Below the pieces are notes generated by a model. The model did not search any database. It was not told the origin of the DNA and saw only the letters and a list, made by a program, of their open reading frames with translations. This document shows positions 53,160-62,752 of a DNA stretch of 64,000 bases, in pieces. This DNA comes from Alkalispirochaeta sp. (GTDB lineage: Bacteria > Spirochaetota > Spirochaetia > DSM-27196 > Alkalispirochaetaceae): the NCBI GenBank assembly GCA_965601925.1, contig OZ271854.1, positions 2,080,001-2,144,000 of the forward strand, written 5' to 3'. The translations under genes and the position numbers were made by a program. Every line of letters starts with the position of its first letter. Position 1 is the stretch's first letter.

Positions 53160-53840
53160 TCACGACGATGAGGGATCGTCGACCTTTAGAACGACACCGT
53201 TTCGGACGGCAAAGAGGGCGGCCTGGGTACGGTCCACCAGATCGAGCTTGTCCAGGATGTTGCTCACGTGGGTCTTGACCGTTTTCTCGCTTATAAACAA
53301 CCTCTCTCCGATCGTCCTGTTGGACATTCCCTCGCCCAGGCAGGCCAATACCTCGCGCTCCCGGCCGGTAAGAAGCTCGACGGTCTGCGCGGGTTCGGAG
53401 ATTCCGTCCATGAGCCGTCGGGTCACTTCCGGAGCGAGGCGCGCCTCTCCCCGCGCCGCCGCCCGAACGGCCTCGGAGAGCTCCTGCGGCTGGACGTCCT
53501 TCAAGAGATAGGAAACCGCCCCGGCCTTTATGGCGGGGTAGAGCTTGTCGTCGTCGGTGAAGCTGGTAAGGACGATGACTTGTACTTCCGGATAGTCCTT
53601 CTTTAACCGCCTCGTCGCCTCTATCCCGTCCAGATCCGGCATCACCAGGTCCATCAGCACCACCTGAGGCGCCGCGCTCGAGACGAGCTTTAGGACCTCG
53701 ACTCCGGTGGACGCCTCGCCGACCAATTGGATATCCGGAAGCATACCCAGGAAAGTGCGAAGCCCCTCTCGGACGACGGTGTGATCGTCGGCGATGAGGA
53801 CCCTGATACCCTCCGGAGAACCGGCTTGCGATCTCTTCAT
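53160..53840 (-). CDS. NarL/LiaR-family response regulator
   Basis: VLIADDH, VLMDLVMP, LTSF, YLLKD, LTGREREVL HTH. Confidence 0.95.
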   Translation of the reverse strand: MKRSQAGSPEGIRVLIADDHTVVREGLRTFLGMLPDIQLVGEASTGVEVLKLVSSAAPQVVLMDLVMPDLDGIEATRRLKKDYPEVQVIVLTSFTDDDKLYPAIKAGAVSYLLKDVQPQELSEAVRAAARGEARLAPEVTRRLMDGISEPAQTVELLTGREREVLACLGEGMSNRTIGERLFISEKTVKTHVSNILDKLDLVDRTQAALFAVRNGVVLKVDDPSSS

Positions 53841-55078
53841 TCCGTACCTCCCGCGTCTATCGGAACGCTAAAATGAATCGTAGTTCCCTTTCCCGATGCG
53901 GAGTCGATGGAAAACTCGCCACCGAGGGCGGCGACGCGCTCCCGCATATTGCCCAATCCGTAGCTGGTGGGTCGCCTGGGAGCTCCCGGATCGAATCCCG
54001 CCCCGTCGTCCGCGATTTCTCCGGATATCCGCCCCGGACGAAAGGAGATGGCGACCTTCACTCGGGAGGCCGCGGCGTGGCGCGCGACGTTGTTAAGGGC
54101 CTCCTGAACGGTGCGAAAGACGGCCTCTCTCACGTCGACGGGACCGCTCTCATCTCCCGTCGTTTCGAGGGTTATCGTCAGGCCGTCCCGACCCCGGCGG
54201 ACGGCGATGTGGCTCTCCAGGATGGGAATAAGCCCCTTTTCGGTGACACCGAGGGGTCGTAACTTGTCCAGGAGCGCCCGCATCTCTCCCAAGGCCTCAC
54301 CGGCCAGTTCCTGCACCCGATCGAGAAGCGATGGGATTTCGTCCGGTTTACTCTCACAGGCCAGCCTCGCCGCCTCGGCGGTCAACTTCATGCCGAAAAT
54401 GGTCTGTGTTACGGCGTCGTGGAGCTCCCGCGCCAGACGCGTCCGTTCCTGTACGGTCGCCGCCTCCTCGGCCTGATCGGCGTAGAGTCGGAGTCGCCTG
54501 TTCGCCTCTTTCAACTCCGTCGTCAGCCGCTCGCTTCTGTCCCGCGCTTCCTGCGCTCTTCGGTTGGCCCGACTATAGAGCCCGATCACCACAATTCCGG
54601 CGATGTAGACGGGAAGAAACGTCATCCCGCCGGCGAAGCCGAACGATACAAAGAGGGGTGCGGCGGTGGCGATGCAGAACGCCGCGAGCCAGCGCATCTG
54701 ACGGCCCGGCGGAACCAGCCGGACAACCGATACGCTTAGGCCGATGTAGAGGAGGGCAAAGTAGTCCTGATACGGTTCCGAAAGGAGCAGAAGCGGAACG
54801 AGCATCGCCTGGACAACGAGCCAGACGGTGCTCGCGACTCGGGAGCGCCGGCGGACGGGGAGGCCGTTCGGTGAACGCTTCCCGACGCCGCCGGTGCCCA
54901 AGCGATGCTGAATGGGGCTGAGCAGAAAGAAGAGGACCAGCAGGGCGAGTTGGTGGAACGTCGCAACGCCCTCGGCCGCCCAGTACAGCACCGTTCGGAC
55001 AAGAACGGCGAAGTACACAAGGTAGTAGAACATGTAGCTACCCGGGACGGCCTCGTGTGATTTTGCGTTAAGGTTCAC
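53837..55078 (-). CDS. Membrane sensor histidine kinase (HisKA_3, NarX/LiaS-type)
   Basis: ERTRLARELHDAVTQ, QEALNNVARHA, DDGAGFD, GLGNMRERV; intramembrane sensor. Confidence 0.95.
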   Translation of the reverse strand: MNLNAKSHEAVPGSYMFYYLVYFAVLVRTVLYWAAEGVATFHQLALLVLFFLLSPIQHRLGTGGVGKRSPNGLPVRRRSRVASTVWLVVQAMLVPLLLLSEPYQDYFALLYIGLSVSVVRLVPPGRQMRWLAAFCIATAAPLFVSFGFAGGMTFLPVYIAGIVVIGLYSRANRRAQEARDRSERLTTELKEANRRLRLYADQAEEAATVQERTRLARELHDAVTQTIFGMKLTAEAARLACESKPDEIPSLLDRVQELAGEALGEMRALLDKLRPLGVTEKGLIPILESHIAVRRGRDGLTITLETTGDESGPVDVREAVFRTVQEALNNVARHAAASRVKVAISFRPGRISGEIADDGAGFDPGAPRRPTSYGLGNMRERVAALGGEFSIDSASGKGTTIHFSVPIDAGGTE

Positions 55079-55103
55079 CTTCCGGATTGTAGCCTTTGCC
55101 CCC

Positions 55104-56273
55104 TTAAGAAAACAGCCGTCTCGTTACCGGGGTCGATCGGATCGCCGCGGCGGCGAGAAAGGAGAGCGGAACGGCGAGGGCGGCGACTATAAAGGCCTTC
55201 CCGAGGGGAAAGAACACCAATCCTCTCAGGGCGAGGCTCACCGCGACAACCACCGGGGCGTGGAACACGTAGACCCCAAAGGCGTTGTCCGAGAGCCAAC
55301 CGATGAAGGGGGAGCGGGTGTCGCCGGTGTCGCGGTAGATTACGATGAGTCCCGCGGAGACCCCGACGCAGAAGAACTGCTCCCATATCGAGAAGACCGC
55401 CGACTGCCAGTGGAGCCCCCCCATTCCCAACTCCACTTGACCGGAGAAGGCACCGCCGAGAGTCATAATGGCGACCCATGCAGGCACTCCCACAAAGACC
55501 GCCAGCCGGAACCAGCGCATCGCCATTCGACTCGGTAAGCGTTCCAAGATCCGATGACGCCCCACCCAGATTCCGGCGACGAAGAGCACGACATACTGGG
55601 TAAAGAAGCTCACCTGCATATTGAGCCACGATGTGCCGATGGGATTCCAAATCCGCACCAGGAAGGTCACGGCGGCCATCAGCAGGCTCAGGATCACCAA
55701 CCCGCCGTCCGATACGGTTGCGGGACGGGCCCCCTCCGCCATCGACCGGCCGGAGAGCTTTTCGACGATCCAGCGACCTACCGCGTATATCGCGCTGAAC
55801 TCCAGGAGCGCCAGGGCAAACCATAAGGGGCCGGTGCCCGATAACACGTGGAGATCCCCTACGTAGGTCGCGTAGAAGCGCGCCAGACCGTCGCCCTTTG
55901 CGGGACCCGCGACGGTGTAGTCACGAAAAAAAACAATCAGCGGATGTACCAGCAACGCGTATACGATGATGGGAATCCCTAATCGCACCGCACGGTCCCG
56001 GACGAACCGTACCGCGCCCTTTTTGTCGTAGGCTCGGGGCACAAACACTCCCGCCAAAAAGAACAGGAGCCCCATAAAAAAGGCTTGGGCGAAGATCTGA
56101 TAGGCGAAGAGCACCACCATGGAAACGAGGTCCAGGGCGGCGTTCTCCTTGTAATACCAGCTTCCAAGGCCGCTGTACGTAACGGCGATGTGGATCAATA
56201 CCACCATGATGATTAGCGTTAGCCGAAGGTTGTCCACATACGCAGTTCGTTTCGTCTTGAGAGAGACGTTCAT
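55104..56273 (-). CDS. Acyltransferase-3 (OpgC/OafA-like) membrane acyltransferase
   Basis: DNLR...VVLIH, FFMGLLFFLAG, RAVRLGIP, GPLWF, FGVYVFH. Confidence 0.9.
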   Translation of the reverse strand: MNVSLKTKRTAYVDNLRLTLIIMVVLIHIAVTYSGLGSWYYKENAALDLVSMVVLFAYQIFAQAFFMGLLFFLAGVFVPRAYDKKGAVRFVRDRAVRLGIPIIVYALLVHPLIVFFRDYTVAGPAKGDGLARFYATYVGDLHVLSGTGPLWFALALLEFSAIYAVGRWIVEKLSGRSMAEGARPATVSDGGLVILSLLMAAVTFLVRIWNPIGTSWLNMQVSFFTQYVVLFVAGIWVGRHRILERLPSRMAMRWFRLAVFVGVPAWVAIMTLGGAFSGQVELGMGGLHWQSAVFSIWEQFFCVGVSAGLIVIYRDTGDTRSPFIGWLSDNAFGVYVFHAPVVVAVSLALRGLVFFPLGKAFIVAALAVPLSFLAAAAIRSTPVTRRLFS

Positions 56274-56285
56274 GCCGAGATCCTC

Positions 56286-56441
56286 CTACCACGTCCAGTC
56301 GGGACCGAAGGTCCGCTCGATCTCGTCCGACTGAAGTTCATTGTCGGGAACCTCATCCTCAACCCGTGCGCTCACGGTGCCGGTCTGCACTTCCACGACC
56401 TCGACGGTCTCGTCGGCGTCGACGACGATCACTGCAACCAT
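56286..56441 (-). CDS. Small acidic 51-aa protein/peptide MVAVIVVDADETVEVVEVQTGTVSARVEDEVPDNELQSDEIERTFGPDWTW (not in ORF track)
   Basis: AGGAGGGA RBS 3-4 nt before ATG; GC-rich third positions; its TAG stop is fused to the AGGAGG RBS of the acyltransferase. Confidence 0.7.
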   Translation of the reverse strand: MVAVIVVDADETVEVVEVQTGTVSARVEDEVPDNELQSDEIERTFGPDWTW

Positions 56442-56699
56442 TGTTCCCTCCTGTCTTGTCTGAAGACTGCGAGGACATGGAACACCCTCCGAGCGTCCCG
56501 GCGAATCGGTCGGTGGGAGTGATTTTTCTAGGTCTCAAGGAGGAGGCGGGCCCGAACGGGGAAGAGCCGCCGGGAGTCCGAGGAAGTTATCTCCCTCCGG
56601 CTCGGCGACTCGGGGTGCGGTACGGCTCTTTTGCGCTCGCCCTTCGATGCCGTGCTACTTCATCCGACCGTCCCGCTTCGAGGCGTTCGCTCCGCACGG

Positions 56700-57656
56700 T
56701 TACGCGCCGACGGTGACCGCTACGCCGCCCCGTTTGTGTCCGGACTCGACCAAGCGATGCGCCTCGACGATCTCCTCCATGGGGAAGGTGTGCCCGAGGA
56801 TCGGTCTGATCGCTTCGTTCTCCACCAGGTCGCGGATCCGATCCATACACGAAGAGTCCAGCAGCATATCACTGTCGTCGATCGAGACGTACGAGCCGCC
56901 GGGCTTGAGAGCCTTCTTGACGGTTCTCTTGAGCGGCGACGATTTCGTACCGCCGACCGAGTCCAGTACGAAATCGAAGCGTGCGTTTTCCGGTAGAACG
57001 TCGCTTTTCGTGTAGTCGACGGTTTCATCCGCGCCAAGGGACGTAACGAAATCGACGTTGTTCGGGCCGCACACGCCGGTGACTCGCGCACCGAGGTGCT
57101 TGGCGTACTGTACCGCCATTGTTCCGGACGTGCCCGAGGCGCCGTAAATGAGAACGTCATCCCCCGCTTTAATATCGCCTATGTCGCAGAATTGCAGAGC
57201 GAGCAACCCACCGTACGCCGCGGCGGTCGCCTCGGCGTGGGTTATGTTGTTGGGTTTGAGCGCCAGGCACCCGTGGTTCTTCGAGTCGGTCTCCGCCATA
57301 CAACGGTACTCCGCGTACGCGCCGAGCGAGAACCCGGTAGTGCAGTAGACCTCATCGCCGGGTTTGAAGCGCGTTGTCCGCGCGCCGACCCGGTCGACTA
57401 CCCCGGAGAACACGAAGCCGGCGATCGGCGCACGCGGTCTGAGGATACCCATCATGAGTCGAAAGGGGATCCGGAGCGCCGGAGCAACGCGCGCAGAGCG
57501 GATGAAGATATCACTCATCGTCACGCCGGCCGCGTGGACGCGAACCCGAACTTGGTTGGGTCTCGGCGAGGGAATGGGAACCTCAATGAGTCTGAGAACC
57601 TCGGGCGGTCCATACTTGGAGCATGTGACCGCTTTCATCGTCGATTGATCGGCCAT
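56700..57656 (-). CDS. MDR-family NAD(P)-dependent alcohol dehydrogenase/quinone oxidoreductase
   Basis: YGPPEVL, GAYAEY, VLIYGASGTSG, LGADETVDY, EAHRLVESGHKRG. Confidence 0.9.
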   Translation of the reverse strand: MADQSTMKAVTCSKYGPPEVLRLIEVPIPSPRPNQVRVRVHAAGVTMSDIFIRSARVAPALRIPFRLMMGILRPRAPIAGFVFSGVVDRVGARTTRFKPGDEVYCTTGFSLGAYAEYRCMAETDSKNHGCLALKPNNITHAEATAAAYGGLLALQFCDIGDIKAGDDVLIYGASGTSGTMAVQYAKHLGARVTGVCGPNNVDFVTSLGADETVDYTKSDVLPENARFDFVLDSVGGTKSSPLKRTVKKALKPGGSYVSIDDSDMLLDSSCMDRIRDLVENEAIRPILGHTFPMEEIVEAHRLVESGHKRGGVAVTVGA

Positions 57657-57900
57657 GATCTCCCCCTTGTACCTACAGTCTACCATCGAACGACGCGATG
57701 TAGGTCCTCGGTATCGACGCAAGCGATCATTCCGGAGAGCACTCGCACACACCATCGAGAGCGCACGCGACTACCGCCGCGAAGGAGACCTTTCGCGGTA
57801 TAACGGCCGCGTTACCCGTTCCCATCGCCGCCTCGATGACGCATCTATTCCCGCTGGGCGCTGAGGCTCACGATATGCGGCGGTGGACGCACCTGAGATC

Positions 57901-59154
57901 CTACCCTTTGAGGCCCCGCGCAACTTTCCTGATCGCCTGCGCTATATCGCCCAAATCATCCCGCGTCGTTTGCTCATGAACGCGCACGACGTTGCAGAGT
58001 TGGCTTAACGCCCTCTCAGCGTTGGGACAGAGGCCGGGACGATACGGAGCCGTCTCTCGGTCGGGGCGCAGGAAGGGCCAATGGGACGAGCCGAAACTCT
58101 CCCGGTGTGCGAGGGCATCGTAAAGATAGAGCGGCTTCCCGATCCACACATCGGTCTTTATTCCCTCGGCCGCCAAGGCGGCGCGAAACTCGTCTCGGCT
58201 TGCGCCAAGCTCCTCCTCGATAATGCGAAGCGGAAATCCCCAGTATCCGTGACCGTACTCCTCGTCCGGGACCGGCGGCGGTGCCACACCCGGAAGATCC
58301 TGGAGCTGCTGCGCAAGCCAACCGCCGGCCTTCTGACGCGCTTCGATAATGTGGGGTAGCTTATCGACTTGGGCGCTGAGGACCGCCCCTTGCAGCTCGG
58401 TCATGCGATAGCACGGCGCCATAAATGCGTAGGTTTTGCGGTAGACGCGGTCCCGTGTCCAATCGCACCCCTTGTCGACGAAGAGCTCCGCCCGCTGCAG
58501 ATAACGCTCGTCGTTCACGATCGTGGCGCCACCGTCGCCGCTCGTTATGTGCTTCGATTGTTGAAAACTAAAACAGCCGAACTCGCCGATCGTACCCAAT
58601 AGTCGATCCCGATACCGAACGTAGTGGGACTCGGCGCAATCCTCAATGATCGCGATCTCTCGCCCCTTCACCAGATCCTGAATCTCTGCAAGACGCGCGG
58701 GGCGCCCCCAGACGTGGACCACCATAATTGCCCGCGTTCGATCGGTAATCTTGCGTGCCACGTCGGCCGGATCGAGATTGAACGTCTCCATCTCCACGTC
58801 GGCAAACACCGGTATCGCGCCTGAGAGCACGATCGGCGCGATCGATCCCATATCGGTGACGGGAGGAACGATCACTTCGTCGCCGGGATTGATCGCGAGC
58901 GCTCCCAATGCCACGTGTAACGCGGCGGTTCCGGAAGAGGAGGGCACCATACCGTCGACCCCGTAGAGGGCGCGAAACTTGTCTAGAAAGTCGTACACCT
59001 TCGTTCCGCCGGCATAGAAGAGATTGCCGCTCTCCAGCGCCTCCGTAACTTCTCGCAGCTCCGCATCGTCAAACGGTCTTCGTTGCGGAATCGGTTCCGA
59101 ACGGACCGGCGTTCCACCGTGAAGGGCAAGATGCTCTTTTCCTTTATGATTCAT
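57901..59154 (-). CDS. DegT/DnrJ/EryC1/StrS PLP-dependent aminotransferase
   Basis: LALHGGTPVR, SSGTAALH, EDCAES, FSFQQSKHITSGDGG, YRMTELQGAV. Confidence 0.92.
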   Translation of the reverse strand: MNHKGKEHLALHGGTPVRSEPIPQRRPFDDAELREVTEALESGNLFYAGGTKVYDFLDKFRALYGVDGMVPSSSGTAALHVALGALAINPGDEVIVPPVTDMGSIAPIVLSGAIPVFADVEMETFNLDPADVARKITDRTRAIMVVHVWGRPARLAEIQDLVKGREIAIIEDCAESHYVRYRDRLLGTIGEFGCFSFQQSKHITSGDGGATIVNDERYLQRAELFVDKGCDWTRDRVYRKTYAFMAPCYRMTELQGAVLSAQVDKLPHIIEARQKAGGWLAQQLQDLPGVAPPPVPDEEYGHGYWGFPLRIIEEELGASRDEFRAALAAEGIKTDVWIGKPLYLYDALAHRESFGSSHWPFLRPDRETAPYRPGLCPNAERALSQLCNVVRVHEQTTRDDLGDIAQAIRKVARGLKG

Positions 59155-60505
59155 GATTATCTCCTGTTTCCGTGCCGTGTATTTCCTGTCGTGGCAACCG
59201 GTCGCTCGGCGGTACGAGGTCCGAAAGCAACTCGTCCGCCGCTCGCTCAACGATCTGTTGCGCATCGGCCGTCGGCGTGTAGAGCCCATAGACCTTTGCG
59301 GAAAACTCGGTCTCATATCCACCTTTCGTAAACGCCTTTGTAGTAGGAAGGTAGCAGAGCGCGCCGTTGGCCAGCGTTACGATAATCGTGTTCGCAAAGG
59401 GAGAGCGCTGTTTGATGTGTATTCCGATCTCGACAAAGAGCTCAGCCGGTAGCGCAAGGAGGGCGACCGTGCCGAGTCGTATCGCCTGTATCTCCATCTC
59501 GAGGTGATCGACGGCGTTGCCCGCTTCTACGACCGCGCCGGCCTCTTCGGCCCATTCCGCCTTGATGAGCGCATCTTCGATTTTGCTGTACGGCCCGTCG
59601 GCGCGCCGCAACCGCTCGGCCTCGGAACGCCATCGTGATCCTTCCCGCCGCAGCCTGGAGGCCGACGGAAGCTTTCGCACGGGGAGCGAGACTACCCGGG
59701 AACGACCCTCCAGCGATCCCTCCAAGGTGTTCATTTCCGACCTCCTCGTCCCGCCCATCCGGACCGCTTCCTCGGCGATCGCCTCACCATATCTTCGGGC
59801 AAAATCGATATCGTGAAGCTCGCACGGATTCACGTCACCGGCGGCACCCAACGTAAACATCGCCCGGGCGCCGGCGTAGCGGTTTTCTATCAGCCCCATG
59901 GCAAAGCCCGGGAAATCGGCTGAGACGAGGTTGCGGTATCCGTGAGCCGCTACGGGATGGCAGGAGTAGTTCATGACAACCGCCGCGGTGCGGCCGTCGC
60001 GTCGATCGAACCAAAGGAGCGGAAGCGACTCATCTACCGTATTGCCTCGATCACCCCGTCGGTTGACACAGATACCGGAGACGCGGCCGGTGCCGAAGCG
60101 GGCGGTCACAGGCTGCAGATCGCCGGCGGCCTGCACCGAAGTGTCCACGATCCGGTCCATAGTCGATCGGATATAGTCATCGTCGATGGTGCCCCACCGA
60201 CGCAACGGCATGGCACCGGGGCCCGAGTGGGTATGGGAACAAGCGATCATGACGTGGTCCACGGCGGTACCAAGCGCATGGGCGATCCTTTCCCGGACCG
60301 CCCGCGCATAATCGGTTCCGAGCCCGATGAGATCGGCGGTGACGAACACGATGTGCCTCACACCGTCTGAAAGCACGAGTGTCTTTGCGTAGAGGTCGTC
60401 GTGCACGCCGACGCTCGGTCCGAAACACCACCCCGAAAGGTCGAGCCCGACCGGTGGTGTGATACGCGCCCTTCCGACGCCGGCACGAAGCCCGACGGTG
60501 TTCAC
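59144..60505 (-). CDS. Neutral/alkaline ceramidase-like amidohydrolase
   Basis: RITPP, HDDLYAK, CSHTHSGP, NYSCHP, SADFPG, GAAGDVNP, PAELF, GGYE. Confidence 0.82.
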   Translation of the reverse strand: MNTVGLRAGVGRARITPPVGLDLSGWCFGPSVGVHDDLYAKTLVLSDGVRHIVFVTADLIGLGTDYARAVRERIAHALGTAVDHVMIACSHTHSGPGAMPLRRWGTIDDDYIRSTMDRIVDTSVQAAGDLQPVTARFGTGRVSGICVNRRGDRGNTVDESLPLLWFDRRDGRTAAVVMNYSCHPVAAHGYRNLVSADFPGFAMGLIENRYAGARAMFTLGAAGDVNPCELHDIDFARRYGEAIAEEAVRMGGTRRSEMNTLEGSLEGRSRVVSLPVRKLPSASRLRREGSRWRSEAERLRRADGPYSKIEDALIKAEWAEEAGAVVEAGNAVDHLEMEIQAIRLGTVALLALPAELFVEIGIHIKQRSPFANTIIVTLANGALCYLPTTKAFTKGGYETEFSAKVYGLYTPTADAQQIVERAADELLSDLVPPSDRLPRQEIHGTETGDNHES

Positions 60506-61512
60506 GACTGGCTCCCCTCCGGTGGTGCTGCGATGCTGATCGGCGTACCGCTCTCGACCGATCGATAAAGCGCGTCCATAAAAGATGCCATCGCGAGGCC
60601 GTCCGATACTGTCGCTTTCGGCTCGGCGATGCCCAGCACCGCATCGATGAAGTTGTCGTCCGGATTCGGTTCGCTTGAATCGGAGTGCTCGTTGAACTCC
60701 GATCCCGGTCCGTATTCGCGATACCAGTGCCCGTTCCATCCATCCACCTCGACGCGTCCGTGATCGAAGATGAATGTCATACGGGACGCGTCATGGGGGG
60801 TGTTTCCTCCGATCGCCAGGGTGGCAAGCACGCCGTCGGCAAACCGCACCGCTACGACGCTGTTTATATCCACCTCTTCGCGGTCGGTGCACGCAAAAAC
60901 TTCTACCGGTGGAGAGCCGACGGACGAGAGCAGGCTGTAGATCACGTGCGCCCCACTGTCCATCAGCTGGCCGCCGCCGGAACGCGCTCGATCCTGTCTC
61001 CAGGTTCCCGCGGTCAACCGTTTCCAGTCCTGTGCCAGGTAGCCGTTCACGAGCCCGAGCGTACCGTATCGTCCGCTCTTCACGACCCGTTGAACCCGTT
61101 GCACCGCGGGAGAATAGGCCGGGTTGTAGCAAACACCCGCCTGCAGGCCCGTCGAGGCTCCCACAAGCGCATAGAGTTTTTGAGCCTCCCCCAGGGTGGT
61201 AACCATCGGTTTTTCGATCAGTACGTGACACCCCGCTTCGATAGCTTCCACCGCGTGCTGATAGTGGAGATGATGGGGTGTCGCAATGACGACCGCATCC
61301 AAAGCCTCCCGGGAAAGCATCTCTCGGGTTGACGTGTATTGTGCGGGGATCGGGGTGTAGTCGGATAATCGCCGATCGATGAGACGCGCAATGCTTCCCT
61401 CGGTTCGACTACAGAGTGCCGTAATGCGCACCTCCGGACGGGCACGCAGCCGACGAGCGTGAGCACCGGAGTAACCGCCGCAGCCGATGATACCGCATCG
61501 TATGTGCTTCAT
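60502..61512 (-). CDS. Gfo/Idh/MocA family oxidoreductase
   Basis: GIIGCGG, IATPH..H, IEKPM, GGGQLMDSGAH, ALYRSVESG. Confidence 0.92.
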   Translation of the reverse strand: MKHIRCGIIGCGGYSGAHARRLRARPEVRITALCSRTEGSIARLIDRRLSDYTPIPAQYTSTREMLSREALDAVVIATPHHLHYQHAVEAIEAGCHVLIEKPMVTTLGEAQKLYALVGASTGLQAGVCYNPAYSPAVQRVQRVVKSGRYGTLGLVNGYLAQDWKRLTAGTWRQDRARSGGGQLMDSGAHVIYSLLSSVGSPPVEVFACTDREEVDINSVVAVRFADGVLATLAIGGNTPHDASRMTFIFDHGRVEVDGWNGHWYREYGPGSEFNEHSDSSEPNPDDNFIDAVLGIAEPKATVSDGLAMASFMDALYRSVESGTPISIAAPPEGSQS

Positions 61513-61588
61513 TGCAATAGTAGTATCGTATCGGACCGTGATGGGATCTACGCTATTTCGGTCGAAATTGTGATACGATCTGATCACG

Positions 61589-62518
61589 ATGCATCAGTCC
61601 GCTTCTGCTCATCGCGCCGTACGGTATCGTTTCTCCGACGAATCGGAGCAAACGATGTTCCGTTGGGAATATCACCGTGTGACCAGCGGTTCGGTCTTCT
61701 ATCACTACCACCCTCAATACGAGTTGAGTTTGGTCGAATGCACGTCGGCGACGCGAGTGGTCGGCGACGGCGTTCATCGTTTCGCGGGAAGTGAGTTGAT
61801 TCTTATTCCGCCCAACACTCCCCATCGATGGAAGATGGGTTCGAAACATCACCCCGGTGGACTACCGAAGGACGTGCACGTGTCGACATTTCCGGCGGAG
61901 TTTCGGGTAGCCATCTTCTCGACACAATCGGTGGGGACGGATGTACTACAACGGCCGGAGCTCGTGGAGGTACGCGAGCTTCTCCATCGCGCTCGGCGCG
62001 GGCTCGCATTCAACAAGACGACGGAAGCCACGGTAGGACCGATCATGCGATCTATGGAGCGGCTGAATGGAACGAAGCGCCTCATCGCCTTTTTGTCCAT
62101 TCTACAAACACTGCACGCCGACGCGACTGCGGCCCCGCTTGTCTCGGAGCACTACGAGTCGTCCGGTGCAGAGGCGGAGTACCGGCGTATCGCCGATCTG
62201 ATTGACCATTTCACATCAAGCGATCGCTTGGGCGAGGATACGTCGCTACCTTCATTGCGGGAAGCCGCGCGGTTTGTCCATATGAGCGTTCCCACGTTCA
62301 CGCGCTTCTTTAAACGAATGACCGGCCACACATTCGTTACATACTTTAACAGTTTCCGGATCGCCAAAGCCGGTGCCTTGCTTACCGAGACCGACCTTCC
62401 GATCGTCGATATAAGCCATCGGGCGGGATTCGGAAATCTTTCGCACTTCAATCGACAGTTTCTTAAACACACCGGAATGCAGCCGCGAGAATACCGAAGA
62501 CGAAAGGGAGAGGAATAA
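61589..62518 (+). CDS. AraC family transcriptional regulator (cupin N-terminus)
   Basis: HYHPQYEL cupin, PNTPH; FTRFFKR...GFGNLSHFNRQF..TGMQPREYR. Confidence 0.93.
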   Translation: MHQSASAHRAVRYRFSDESEQTMFRWEYHRVTSGSVFYHYHPQYELSLVECTSATRVVGDGVHRFAGSELILIPPNTPHRWKMGSKHHPGGLPKDVHVSTFPAEFRVAIFSTQSVGTDVLQRPELVEVRELLHRARRGLAFNKTTEATVGPIMRSMERLNGTKRLIAFLSILQTLHADATAAPLVSEHYESSGAEAEYRRIADLIDHFTSSDRLGEDTSLPSLREAARFVHMSVPTFTRFFKRMTGHTFVTYFNSFRIAKAGALLTETDLPIVDISHRAGFGNLSHFNRQFLKHTGMQPREYRRRKGEE

Positions 62519-62752
62519 CGGGATCATAGAGTCGCCCATTCGATTCGTGCTACAGATAATCTTGAGTAGAACTCGGACAGTGGTACATTTGCGAGGTTTC
62601 GTTAAGGCGAAAACAGACGCTGTCCCCGAGGCTCGGCAGGGCGGAACGGATCGTCCGGTTTCGGAGTTTTCGTGCACATCCGTTTTGAGTGTTATCGTAC
62701 GCTTGCGCTCCGAAATAACTTTTCCTATCATCAAACCGGCAACGGACTCTGT

